A stretch of 64,000 nt of DNA. It comes from Epiperipatus broadwayi (Eukaryota > Animalia > Onychophora). The stretch is from NCBI GenBank assembly GCA_028023455.1, contig JAQFVV010000002.1, positions 8,060,001 to 8,124,000 on the forward strand, read 5' to 3'. Numbering within the stretch: the stretch's first letter is position 1; each line of letters opens with the position of its first letter. Positions 37,601 through 51,589 of the stretch are shown here, piece after piece. Under the pieces are notes generated by a model. That model had not been told where the DNA came from and made no database searches. It saw nothing but the letters and a program-made list of their open reading frames with translations. The translations under genes and the position numbers were made by a program.

Positions 37601-40600
37601 ACAAGTTTAATATATATAAGGTAAATGATTTTTTTTCTTCTGTATTAAATTTTTAATTTTATGTCCAAGAAAGCATATATAAATTGTAAACATGTAAATT
37701 TAGTCGATGTGTTATACAATATATAATATGAAATATTCGTAGTTGGTAATTCAGTCCTATAATAATTTGTTAATTGTGAGAATTTAATAGGATATGAAAT
37801 TCTGCATAATTGTTGACTTATCATTAAATTTTCTAATCATGGTTATTTAATACTGAATCTTTCATTTATTAATCCATTAAAAACAGTGCAGTTTGCCTAC
37901 TTCTGGGCTTGTGGATGTTGTTCCATGTTTTACTTCATTTAACATTTAGCTATTCTACAGAGTTTTTATTTGCTTAATTATCTGTATACAAAAAAAAGTA
38001 AAAAGCATTTAATTATTGATATAACACAAATTGCTTATACTTTTTTTGAAAATTGAATTAACATTCTTGCTTGATTTTTCATTTGTGCTGATTATATGAT
38101 GCTTCAATAACTTTAAACAATTTAAACCTATTTATTAAGGCTGCCCCAGTCTGTAGAATAAATGATATTTTAAAAATGCTAAATAAGCTTCAATACTTTT
38201 TAAATTTAAGTAGTAAAATATAGAACAGTAATTAAAAATAACTGAGTGAAATATGCTATAAATTCATAAAAAGTGAGTTAGGACAAGAAATCATTAATTA
38301 CATAAAAAAAAGTTTTTCATTATAGAAAAACATTTAATTTCAAATGAACACAGCATATAATAACAAAATAGTCAGCACAAATTTAAAATAATTCTCTTTA
38401 GTTCTTAATCATAATTCTGATTTATTTTTGCTATAAAATATTTACTTTTAATTAACTTCAGATGAATAAAAAATGCCAATCTTGCACAAACATCAATAAA
38501 AAATTGATTCTGTGCGATTTAGTGCAAGGGTAGTATTGTTGAACTCTGAAACTCACGATCTATGGATCATAGCCTCAGCTCAAACTTCTTATGAATTTCT
38601 GAGCAATAAACCATTACCATATTTTTTAATGAAAAAATATTCATTGTTTGAATAAATTTTCTATGCAAAAATTTTAGTATTCAGTTCAGATTACTTCAAC
38701 ATACACTTTTGATTAATTATATTAAATAAACTCAATAAGAAATGATGTATTTAAAATTCTCAAAAACAATCAAGTACTAAAGTAAGATAATAATTCCAAG
38801 TTAAAATATTAATTTGGATAGTGTCAAATGTTTATTATTATTTTTTATTATTAGTAGTACATAATGTCAAAACATGGAGGAGGGAAGAGAGTGAAATAAC
38901 TTTTCTCAAGCAAAACATAATAATAATAAATGCATCTTTATTTATTAGGCCATCAAAACATACCACACAATGAATAAGCATTCACAAATGAGTGAATGTA
39001 TTTTTTTTCTTGATTTTGTTGCTATTATTTTCTTTTTCTTTAAAATAAAAAAATAATAGGGGAGACACTGTATAGAATGACAATTTTATTGCAGGATTAT
39101 TATTAAGAAATATTTTTAAAATATCCTAAATCAATTGCATAGAAATATCAACTATCGAAACAAACAAAATAAATGATCCCCTACGCACATACTTAAAAAA
39201 AAAAAGGCGGAGGAAAAAATCCTGCGCACCAATAAATCATTCAAAAATGATAGTAAACTGTAGGAGCATTTAAAAATTGATATGGAATGAATAAAAATTT
39301 CAAGCCAAATAAAGCTGAATTAGTAAAAGCTAGAAAGTCAATTTTCAAAATTGGAATACTAATCTTATACAATAATAGTAACAATAAATATATTAACAAT
39401 AATAAGTATTTTTTTGCATAAAAAACGAAAGTAGTACTTATGTAAGCATTAAAAGAATGTTGTAGCTTCTGATCCCTATAATATACAAATGATAAAAATA
39501 TGAATCTTAAACAGTTCAGCAACATATGGCTTGAAATAATTAAAACGGAACACAGATATTTAATCATTATATAAAAATTACATGGCAAAAAGTTTTTTTT
39601 TGTGTGTGGAATAAAAGAAAATATACAAAATCTAAAAATTCACTAAGTAAAACTATTTTGATAATGAAATAAATTCAGATGGCTGATCACAGCAAGTATC
39701 TTTCTTTGAGCACCCTCTTATCACAGAAACTAATAACAAAATAACTGCCTTGCTCCAGACAGTCAGGGTCTACTAAGCTCAGGCAACCTATGGAACAGAT
39801 AACTAACTGGAAGAGAATAAAAATGCTGCACATGCCTGAGAAATTGCACTTTTTATTTTATTTTAATGGGAGTGAAATTATAATAACTACAATATATATA
39901 CATTATAAAATGAATTTTTACCTGAGAAATGAAGAATATACTCCAACAACTTTAGAAATAATATTTAACTACAAAATCCTCAAGATGACATAAAACAAAA
40001 TTATTGAGTTTTACAACCAGAAGTAGAAGTTGCATTTTCTCAAAACAAATGTAGCTGTATGTCTTCTTCCAAAATATCACGATTGTCCATATAACACTTT
40101 CTTTTATTATTAGTGTTTACTTTGGTGCATATATTTATACATTTTGCCTTAATTCACCCTGAAATGATTTCAATTTTCATAATGTATCATTTTTTTCTCC
40201 TTCAACCCGAATCTCTTAAATGTTGTAATTATTATAAAATTAAGGCAAATGGAAGCATTATATTTCATCAAAATAATGTAATATATATATATAAAAGATT
40301 ACAAACAAATAGGAAAATAAAGAAAAGGAGAACATAAATCTGTATAAATAAGTGGGGTGGAGTGAGAAAGCAACAATTTAAGACAAAAAAAAAACCCACA
40401 TACACAAAAGCAGCTGAGATATTAATAATAGCCTTTTTCTTTTATACAATATGTATTTAAAGTCCCATGTATTTGAAATTTACAGATTCGCTATCTTTGG
40501 TGATGTTAATGGAACTTATTTAAAAAAACTTTGCAATTATAATTTTGATTACTTTATTTCTTTCCTAAAATTTTTCTGTTCACTGTCAAAAAGTTTTAGT

Positions 40601-41836
40601 AGACAAATTTTTTATTATCTTTTTTTAATCTTGTAATTAGTTTAACAATACTTCAGTTTTATTTTTATTTATTCATTTTTCAGAAATGAAGAACAGATTT
40701 TAAAAAAAAATTGCATACAATCCAAAATTTTTCTTGTTTTAATTAATTTATTATTACATCTTGTTTATTTTTGCGAATAAAAATACTGAAAAAATAAAAA
40801 TGTTGATAAATTAGTCAAACTTTTCACTTCTGTAAACAAAAATTATATATAAAACAGAAAATAAATGAGTATGACAACTTTCACTGGGCATATGTATTCA
40901 TGGCAAAACAGAAGTGGAAAGAAGTCTAATTTTTGTGAACAAAAAAGGGAAAGGGTATTAAGAGTGAAGTATATTTTGACAGGCTTTACCAGTTAAATTT
41001 ATGACATGCACAAATTATTCACAACAAGTTACACTTCATACAAAAAAGAAATATATATCTATATATATATATATGTATACAATAAAAAAAATACTTTTTT
41101 TTTTGGTTTGTTTTTACAGAAAAATAAACGATATGCATTTTTTTATCCTAACTTATTTCACACAGGAAATGTTTCTCTTTTTGTGCACTACACTGCCATA
41201 GGATGATCACTGGTCTAACTTGTCAAATATATATATATATATATTTATATATACTAAATGAGAGATACAAAACAATATACATTGACAAATGATTTACACA
41301 TTTTTCTTTTCAATTTTTTTAAAAAAAAAAAAATTATATTTTCTCGAAAAAAAAAAAAAAAGGGAGAGGGAAAATATGCAATTCTGACAAGCTAACAAGG
41401 GCATAATGTTTGCACACAGCCAAGTGAAGCCTTAGCAAGCTATAATCATGATCCATATTTATGTACAATTAAATTTATGATTTGGATGTTATGATTGCCT
41501 GCTTTAGCTTTATTCCATTTAGAAATTTCAAGGAAATGATAAAACCAACAATCTAATAAAATAGCTGCAAGCTCTTTCTTGATCTAAAGATCACACAGCC
41601 TCCTTCAGCAGCAATTTTAAAAATGTGTTTTGTGGCTTTTCTTTGTTTTGCTTGTTTTTTTCTACCGAAAAACTTCAAACACTGAAATTTGAAATTCATG
41701 CAGATCACAAAAAACTTTCACATCAGTCCACATTTAAATAAATGATATAATAGGCTATATTTGAAACTGATTTAAAACAGAATTGCAATTTTCCAAAAAG
41801 CACCTGTACTTTTAGATATTTAATAAAAAATAAGAA

Positions 41837-42076
41837 TTAACGTCGAGACATGTATCCTCTACCACTACCTCTGTTATCTCTGTTTATACCACTACCACCA
41901 CCACCACCTCTTCCACTTCCTCGACCCCCTCCTCCCATTCCACGCCCAAGACCACCACCACTACGACCACTTCCAGGACGACCATCTCCACTGCCACTAC
42001 CGCTACGAGTATCTCTTGACCCACGTGCCTTCTTTTCCTCAACATTCAGACGATGTTCTCCTCTGAATAAAGTACG
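41837..42076 (-). CDS. G3BP: G3BP / Rasputin homologue, last coding exon (RRM end + RGG tail, 79 aa + stop)
   Basis: Acceptor tttttcag at 42077-42084, then RTLFRGEHRLNVEEKKARG followed by an RG/GG-rich tail and TAA. FRGExRLNVEEKK + RGG is the G3BP C-terminal signature. Confidence 0.92.
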   Translation of the reverse strand, partial: RTLFRGEHRLNVEEKKARGSRDTRSGSGSGDGRPGSGRSGGGLGRGMGGGGRGSGRGGGGGSGINRDNRGSGRGYMSRR

Positions 42077-43264
42077 CTGAAAAACATGATAAACAAAAGC
42101 ATACATATTACTTTACAGTGTAATAAATTATTTCCACATTCAATTTTTGATTCAAGTTTATGTGAATATAAAATTTGCAACCATTTTTGCACCTGTTATA
42201 TTCTTAAAGCTACATTCATATCTCTAATAAACTAAACATATAATAGTCTACATGCAGTAATTCATACAATTTGTTGTTATATGCTATAATCTGTGTATAT
42301 AATATTCAAATATATAGCAATAAATAATATGTAATATTTTGGAGAAATGTTTTGAACATTGGCTACATTAAATGCAATGCTTATTGATATCAAAATTAAA
42401 ATTAACAAAAATGTATGATTGTCATCTGCAGTCCATGGCAGCAAATATTAAATCCAGAGATATTTATTAGTCATATTTAATATAGCGATCACTTGAAAGT
42501 ATATTTCTCTAAAATATTACATATTATTTAGTGCTATATATTTGCATATTATATATTTGCAATGTGGTCATTTGTTTGCAAGACTATTAAAAGAATTTAA
42601 TATTGCTCTGACATGAAGTGAATTTATTTTTAGGCTCATTGTAGATAGACTTTAGCCAGCATTCAGAAGCACATCTTTTCAAAATATATTTAATAATGTT
42701 TTAACTACAATAAAATAAATTTACAAAGTGTGACAAATGCAAAGATGAAGATATTACCTATCATTTGCAATGAAAAGTCTAAGGGACATTAGTGAAATAA
42801 ATTATAAGAGCAAAATCTTTTTACATTAATCATAATTTTATTAGGAAGACAATAAACATAAAAATATCTATTTTCAAATAATTATTAAATAACTTAAAAT
42901 ATTTAATATTCATTTTTATTTTATAATGATTATTTTCTCAGCTTTATTGCAGGTCATGATGCTTTACTTTTTACACGAACAAATACTTTATTTCTGCATA
43001 TATGTAAAGTGAAGTTATTGTGAAAATTACAACTTCTAGAACATAAATAAAAAATCTTATAAATTTTTTACAAATAATAATCTAAATAAAAAATATACAA
43101 AATTTTACTTTATTTTTTAAAATATTTTATTAAACAATAACATTATTTATTAAAACATATTCAAATACAATGAATACAGTAAATAAAATAAAAAATTTCA
43201 CATCGAAGTTCTCAGAATTAGGCAATGAGATACATTCTCCACTTTACAGTATCCACAATGTAAA

Positions 43265-43868
43265 TGTTCTGTATTCGAACTCTCAAATTATTTGTCAAGG
43301 GCTTGAATGAGAATACCAACAAACATACATAACTAAATAAAAAGATCACTAGACCAAAATAATTTAAGGTGTTTTAATATAAATATTCAACCTTATTAGC
43401 AGAACATACAAAGTAAATATATATTTTATTTACAGTTTAGCACAAAATTACTTACACAAATGATTTCGCTCGAAGGCTTACTTTAATTTATAATTTAGAC
43501 TGAGGTGGCCTGCAATAAGATCCAAAGTCCTTTATTTTACCTTTAGCAAGGATATAGCTAAGTATTAAAGTTTGTTCTAGTCTCATGTGCCTGGGTTGTT
43601 TCTGAGTGTCCAAATTAGCCGTAGCTGCTCAGATAAATTTCACTACACAAGTTTTGAAATTGATTCCAAAAATCTTTTAAGTTTCTAATTTTCGATTATC
43701 ATCCAGGAGATAATTAATTTTAAATAATTATTACTTTTCCAGTGTCATCCATAAAGTTTAAATCATCTATTTTTAGATTAGTTACTAGTTTATAAGTGCT
43801 TTTGAGGTAACGGCTTTTCCTTGTATTAAAAAAGTCTATAACACATAATAATTGTAATTTATTTAAAT
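43265..43868 (-). repeat. Direct repeat of ~59420-59995; candidate 3' LTR body of the Mag-like element
   Basis: Shared blocks: cttgaatgagaataccaacaaacatac.taactaaataaaaaga.cactaga, cgaaggctta, ctgggttgtttctgag, gattatcatccaggag and taataattgtaat. Confidence 0.8.
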
Positions 43869-46800
43869 AAGTATTATTTTTTCTTCTTTATTTAAAACTT
43901 ACCATATATATTGTGAATATTCAGATTAATGATCAAAGTATTTAAAAAAAAAATAAAGAAATTTGTTGGTCTTGTTTGATTTTTCTTTTGCTTGATAAAT
44001 GGATAATGGGAGATCTTGGAAATATGTTTAAATTGATCACCATGGCAACCTAAAGCTTTTAAATAGTATTGTTTACTGTTAATTTTAGCTTTAAAATACT
44101 AAATTCGCTATAATCAAACTCAAGAAAAACATACAGGTAAATAAATTTTGAAAACAATTTAGTATGATATAAAAGTTTACTTAAATAGGATCAATATTAT
44201 TTTACATATTTTAATTCTATTAAAGCAGTCACCATAGTAACATTATTACATATAATTCAATGTTTTTATGTCATGTATATTTGTTTATAAATTATTATTA
44301 TTATTAAAAAATATATATATGTAAATTATTTATATTTATAAAGTGAATAAAGGTTGTAATATCAATTCTGTATTTTGGTTTACAAATAATAGGAAAAATC
44401 ATATCGAATTTGGATTTCATTACCATGTATCCATTTTCTTCAAACTTACATTACAAACCGGGAAAATTGTTATAAGATATTGTTTGCCATTGAGATTTAT
44501 TTGACTGAATTCCAATAGTTGTTATGACATCGATAACGTCAGAAAGAGATAAAATAAATAGCCAGAAAGGACTGTAAGAGGGGTCTATCATCTTTTTGTC
44601 ATTGCCAAGAACAGACGTGCTTCTATGTTCTTTTAAATAAAAATTTCTTCAATAATTTTTTTTTAAAATGTTAAACTATAAAAATATGGAAGAATAAACT
44701 TAAATTATCTGCCCATTCATTCATTTGAATGGCAGTTGTGAGAGGTTCCAAAGACGACGCAACAAAATGTGAGAAGGGAAACCTATTAAAAAAAAAACCG
44801 TGTTGTATAGAAATCGGCTATTTTTAAAACAAAGAGTTTCCAAGTTTAAAAATCGGAGATAACTATCATTATATTGGATAAATACCATGTTACAACATAG
44901 GAAAACATTCAGGATCAACTGGATTAATTTATACCATAAAAGGGCTAGTTAAATTGCACTCTCCTCTTTAAAAAGGAAAGAAAAGGAGTTGTTATTAAAA
45001 TTCACAGGATTATTCTATCTGAACATCATTGCTGATGAAAAAAAACATTTGAAGTTAGACTTATCTTTTCTTTGAAATAAACTTCTCTCTACATCATAGG
45101 ACTGAGGATAAATAAATTGTCAATAAATAATGAAAGTGGACAAACTTTTACTTTGGGTATAAATTTTTTTTTATGCATATATGTGAATATTTTTATATGT
45201 TTTGCAAAAGAATAATTTACGTTTTATTATATATCATAGATAGTGTACATTTAGATTTAATAAGGTTTATGAAATGAAAGGCCTGGAGAGATTCATTTAC
45301 AGATTATTTAAACTCTGGTGTTAATGCGACCGATGTTTGTTTTTATTCAGTTTGAATTTTGTATGTTTTAAATTTTAATTTGAAATATCGGACAGAAAAG
45401 GAGTTTAAATATAGAGCTTTATTTTACATTTGTTTAATTATTGTGCTAATGAACAAATAGAAATGCATTTCATTTAATTGTATATATTTGATGTCTGTTA
45501 TCTAGAAAGTTTCTCATTAAGATATTCAAAATCTCTCCTTCCATTCATTTTTTTTAATATACGTGTCATTATTGTTTTCGCAACATATTTGAGTTACCCA
45601 CAGGAGTTTTATCATTTTTTTAAAATTATTCAATCAATCAAAAATAGATTAATTTCTTATTGTATTTTGTTGTTAATTTTACCGATTTTCCATTATATAA
45701 TCCAATAAATTGAGTTGATTTAAATACCAAGACTACGCTTAATTATTTTATTTTATTTGGATTGTGTAAGGTAATTTTTCTATGTAAATTCGATGCAAGA
45801 TTCAAACTCAGCTTGGTAAGTTAACTAAAATAAAGGATAAGGGTATGTTTTGCATATTAGCATTATTTATCTTATTCCCATATAAATTTTATATTTATTT
45901 CTGTATTCAAATATTATATATCTTATTTTAGTCAATATTACAGGTAAATGTCATTAGTCGATTATTCCTTTGTCTGTCTAATCCCGTGATAAAAATCTAA
46001 ATAGGTCGTATTTTATCATTAGTTTAGAATAACTTGTCTTAAATTTTTTTTTTTTTTAATTTTTTAAAGTGAAAAGTACAAAAATTTCATTGACTGGTTT
46101 AATTGAATATTGTTTTTGATTTGTATAAATATCAATTATAATCACATGATTTAATTATTACCAATCAATTTCATATTCAATTGTTTAAAGATTCAAAAAA
46201 GAAATAATATTAATAATTATAGATGAATGAACATCCAATGAAAACATAATATATTTTTTATGTAATATGATTGGGCATTTTGGGTTAGAATGAATAAATT
46301 ATTTATACATTACGATATAGCTTCTTATTAAACTAGACGTAGATTAATTTGTTTAAACATTTAAAGGAGTGCATAGGTTTTCAAAGTGTCTTATAAAATG
46401 ATATAAAAACTAGTTGATTTCAATAGAAAATTATTAATTAAATATTAAAGTAGAAAGAATTGTGTATCGCTTAATGAAAGATACGAATGAATGTTTATAC
46501 TTTCTATTTAACATTTATTAAACTAGATATACATTTGACACAAATATTATTTTGTTTCAATATTTAAATAGTGTCTATATTTAAAAATGTTTCGTAAAAT
46601 GCAATTATAGTCATTTAGAAGCTCATCTGTTTAGATAAAAGGGCAGTATAATTGAATATTGAGATAGATTTAAATTACTACAATAATAATAGATTAATAA
46701 CGTATATTTGAAGTTGCTTTGGTTATTAATTATATTTGATTTTCATTAAATTGCTAATCAAATAGTTAGCCTAATCATATATTATTGTCTAGAGCAATGA

Positions 46801-47149
46801 TAGACGGTTTCACTGCTCACTGCAGTTTACTTTGTAATTGTGATGGATTTGTTGATGTCTGGAGCAGATAATCTCATTACTCTTTCGTTTACATATAGCT
46901 TAAACCAATTAGACTTTAATAGAGATTATTAGTGCTTTATGATGGTTTATTACATAACAGCGACCCGATTGAGCTAGACTAGATTAGATTAAATTAGATT
47001 TTTGATTATATCAGAATGATCACCCTACCCATCACCAGCATTTAACAGATTGTATCAGTTACAATATATATATATATTTAAATGTGCACACATAATGTCT
47101 TACTTTTTACTAATCTGGTCACAGCACTACTCCCTCTTACTCTGTAGAA

Positions 47150-48240
47150 CTAAGTACCCAGATTATTGTCTTTTATGATGGCTTTCATTTTCTGGCAGTT
47201 TAATTGAAGAATCTAATTTCTTTACTGCAACTTAAGGATTATTCAGCTTATTTGTTTCATAAACTAATTTACTTTGACAGCTTGGGTTACTGCCATTTGG
47301 CAGGTACTCCTTTTGGTAGTATGCAATATGACATTTCTTTACTTTCAGCTGGTTTGGCATCCAAATTCCTGAAGCTGTGTGAAACGCAACAGTCTGGTTT
47401 CAAAATATTTTTGTCATTTTCCCGTCAATCCATAATTTGGGAGATTACCTCTAACCCAGACTCGATCTCTAACGTTTTTAATATTTTTTATCCTCCTAAA
47501 TTCTTGCTCTTTTTTTCTGGCACATTTATGGACAATTTACTTCACAATTTTCTGCCTATAAATATCTCTGCAGGAGATTTACCTGTAAACTGTGGATGGA
47601 GTAATGTGTTGATAAAGCATTGCAAAATTTATTGCTTCTTGCATATTATTACAATTTATTTTGTTTGTTTTAACTGTTGGAATACTTTTTCAGCAATTCT
47701 ATTTGATTGAGGGTGATAAGTTGGAGTACGGACATGATTTATACACCACTTGACTAAAAATGCTTTGAATTCCGCAGATGTAAATTCTGTGCCATTACCT
47801 CATGAGTTTCTGGTGCACCATAGCACACAAAGTTTTTTTTTAAGATTGGTGTGGTTTCAAGTAATATTTTTTTTACGAGTTTATATTCTACCCACTTTGA
47901 ACTAAAAACTACTACCAATATAAAAATTTGACCCTTAAAAAGACTTGCACAGTCTATATACCACTCTGCTCAATGTCTTATCAGTGTTTGGCCATGGGTA
48001 TTTTTTGGGTGGGACATTTGCATTGAATTGACATGGTCGGCACTTTTAGTTTGTCTCAATTTCTGCAACTATTTCCAGGACTCCATAGTTGTGAGTGAGA
48101 GCTTTAGCCTTAACTATGTCTAGATGACCATTGTGAAGTATTTCCAAAACTGTGGAGGGACCAGCACTTTATCAACAACTATTATACAGTCCTTGGACAA
48201 GGACTTATGGAGATTTCCAAGTCGTTTACTGGTTCATCCA
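47150..48240 (-). pseudogene. Mag-like integrase remnant
   Basis: EILHNGHLDIVKAKAL...CQFNANVPP (zinc domain), and NGTEFTSAEFKAFLVKWCINHVRTPTYHPQSNRIAEK (core). The supplied plus-strand 168-aa ORF at 47204 is its antisense shadow. Confidence 0.9.
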
Positions 48241-48639
48241 TCATTAATCTAATTTATCCTATTCGTGTTTATGCCCGTATAATGCGGGCAATGATTTTCG
48301 AATTATAAACATCCGGGTTGAGGTTAAGATTAACGGAAATTTACGCAGGCTACACGTGCTTTTTACACCTTCGTTTCCATCTTTTTTTCAGCTTTCCATA
48401 AAGGTTTTATTTTTCTACGATAAAAAATAAAAATTTTATGACAATTTTTGTGATCAAGTAGATTGAATTTTTTTCTCTTTCTCTCATTTTTGTTATAGTT
48501 ACTGGAAAATATTTCAGCGTGAAAAATACATTGGTAAAAAGTTTTACTTTTTCCAATTGATTTTGAAGACAATGTTTTGGGGTGCCTAGTGGTAAGTATT
48601 TTTATTTTTTTATATTTTTTTAATTATTATTATATATAT

Positions 48640-48900
48640 ATATCTGATAAAAAATATACGAAAAAATTATTATTGAAACTAATATATATATATAAAAAGA
48701 TTGTGATTACCTGCATTTTTTTCCTATGATGTGAGCTTGGGTGGAGTGTTTGAATTAATTGATACGAGACAAGATAAACATATTTTGGAAATATAATGAC
48801 CTGGTTTAGATGTTTCTATAATTTCTTGTTTGCATTTTAATAATACTGTAGTAAGAATATGCGAATGCTAAAAGTAATGATTTTGGTAGTATATAAACTT
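48640..48900. repeat. ~260-bp direct repeat, copy 1 (copy 2 at ~52360-52620)
   Basis: gataaacatattttggaaatataatgacctg.tttagat.tttctataatttcttgt.tgcattttaataata at ~48773 and ~52500. Confidence 0.85.
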
Positions 48901-51589
48901 AGGCCGATTATAGACTATTGCAATATAAATTTCAAAGCTGCATATTTTTTAATTATTTTATTCATATATATATATTTGTAATTAATAATACACTGCGGCA
49001 TTGATGTGAAACTTTTATATAATAATTTGTAGGCTTTTTTTTATATATTGTAACGGGATATGGGTAACGAAATAAAAGGAATGAAGTAGAAATGAATCTG
49101 GGATGATGGAAAATCGTCATCACTTCCAATTCATCAATATTAAAAATAATTTACAAAAGTTATATTTAAGTAAAAAATATTTAAGTGGAGCATGAGATTA
49201 AAGAATCTCAGAGATCATTGAGTGATCAGCCAGCTAACTCAGAAGAGCAATTAAAAGCATAATTATAAATTCAACCAGCATTATCATAAGTCAAAGTAAG
49301 TATAAGTAAATATTAGGAGAACCATCCATCATCATCGATGGGAATAAACAAATCAGTACAATAAATCAAGTCAATCTTGTGACTGGATCGAAAAAGGGTC
49401 TTCTGTAGACCAGGCTAACTACTGAGCTTTTGCCAGCTTGGGCAATTATTTAAACATAACTTGGATGCACCAGCTTAGTGCCCATCCATTAAAAATACAC
49501 AATAATCAGAAATCAAAACAATAATGCTGGGACACTTAAAACATGCTGATCATCATCAATGCTCAGGCCACTTGTACTGGCCAACTATAAACTTAAATTT
49601 TAATAAGACTAAAGTAAAATAAAAAATAATAGTGCGTGGGCTTTAAAGAGTATCCTCTTTTGCGCAAACCAGGATGATCATTGATCATCTCTGGATGCCC
49701 AAAGCACTAAACACATCCCCATTTATCCATGTCCGAAATCTAGCTCAGAGAACATGGGCTCTATTACTGTATGTGAACAAGAGATGATGGAATACAATTT
49801 TAACAATTAAATATAAGTTTATTAATAACAACAAAAAAAGATATTTAAGGTCTGATTTTGAATAATATACAATAATAAAAGTCATTATACTGTAATTTAC
49901 AATATTGCTACAAAATTCAAGTTATTACATTAATTGACAATATTTACCATTCAAAATTCAAATTGTTATATTAATTTACAAAACGTATAATAAAATATAT
50001 TCAAATTATTACTATGGCTTACATATATATATGCGCACAGACGCGCGAAAAATAAAAACAAATTGACATTTAATAAAAAAAAAATATATTAAAATTTTAC
50101 ACATATGAGTGTGCGTGTATATACATACGCACACTGACTTTTTATCTATTTCAACTTTTTACAATAGTATTATAATTTTCTAATACATAAATTTCCTACC
50201 TATACGTGTGTATAAACAAAATATAGATACAATTTAAAATTAGTTTCAATCTACAAGTTCTCAAAAGTATAGTCAATTTTTTTGTTAAGTATTTATTGAT
50301 TAATTATCAACGTTTTTTGGACCAATTTAAAAGATTTGCTTTTTCGATTTTAATTCAAACAAAATTATGCTTGCATTTAAATTTTATATTCCTTTTTTTT
50401 AATGAATATGAAAATTATTTCTTAGCAAAATATATATAGCAAATCGTCTCTCTTTTAAACATTTGACTGGAGCAAATTTTACTTTCAGTTACGAAGTTAA
50501 AATGTCTTTTATAAGAATATTTAAAAAAATACAACTCACTGTATACACACGCGATGTATTTATCTGTGGTTTCCTGCTTGCATAGATGAACAGTAGCATC
50601 AGTACACCAATTTCTTCAAGCTTTCTCTTGGTAAGCTTGGTTTTTGGTCCATCAGAAAATGTAATATAGGTTTGTTGTCATCTTCAGGTAAAATTATCCA
50701 AGTAATTAGTTGGCATACCATGAGCTTACTTTTGTAGTCCAAGCATTTGTCAAGCTGTCTTCTAGAACATATTTAAGCAGCTAGCTGATGCATTTGAAGT
50801 GACCCTGGCTTCATGAATCAAAACTGCAGTAAACTATAAGGCAGCTACTGGACTGTACTCTCTTAGAACTTCATAGAAGCTTTATATAACTCTGCTAGCT
50901 ATTTTGTCCTCATTTTTTTCTTCAGGCTATTGATTTAGAAGTGACCCAGCTTCAAAACCAAAACTCCTGTAAAGGAAAATAGTAGCAGCTCCTGCCTTTA
51001 GCAACATTTGTTCATGGTAGCTTTTCTGCAAACTCTCTGGTCAGCTAAAACCAACTGGTGCAAACTCCAAGAAGCTGCAACAAAATATTATAACCAACTG
51101 CAATTTTCAGCTGACCCTTCTTACAAAAAACTATTATCCAGACTAGAGCTAATCCTGTTATCAGCCCTTTTATAGACTCATCTAAGATGATAACAGCAGC
51201 TTGATTAAAAACAGAGTTTTTATTTTTATCTCACTAATCTCTTGGAATCTATATACATGTTTTCACTTAGACAGTAAAAATTTAAAAATTAATTAAAGAT
51301 TTCAAAAATATAATAGGGTGATTTTAAATTTCAAAATCAGAGTAATAATTAATAATAATGCAATATTTATATTTATTCAGATCTTTTTAAAATATTAATT
51401 TATAAAACAATATTTTAAATCAGAGTTATTATTATTATTATTTTTTTATTTCAATGAATGTATCTACTATAATTTTTGTCTGTGTTTATTTCTACTTTTC
51501 CTTTATTTTACACATATATATATATATTCACATACACTATATTAGTGTGTGTGATGTAACCCCATTGGTTACAATATATATATATATTA

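Noticed and set aside
41850-42080. Proline-rich plus-strand ORF
   Set aside because: It is the antisense shadow of the G3BP RGG exon.
47204-47710. 168-aa plus-strand ORF as a host gene
   Set aside because: It is the antisense of the decayed integrase and has no recognisable motifs.
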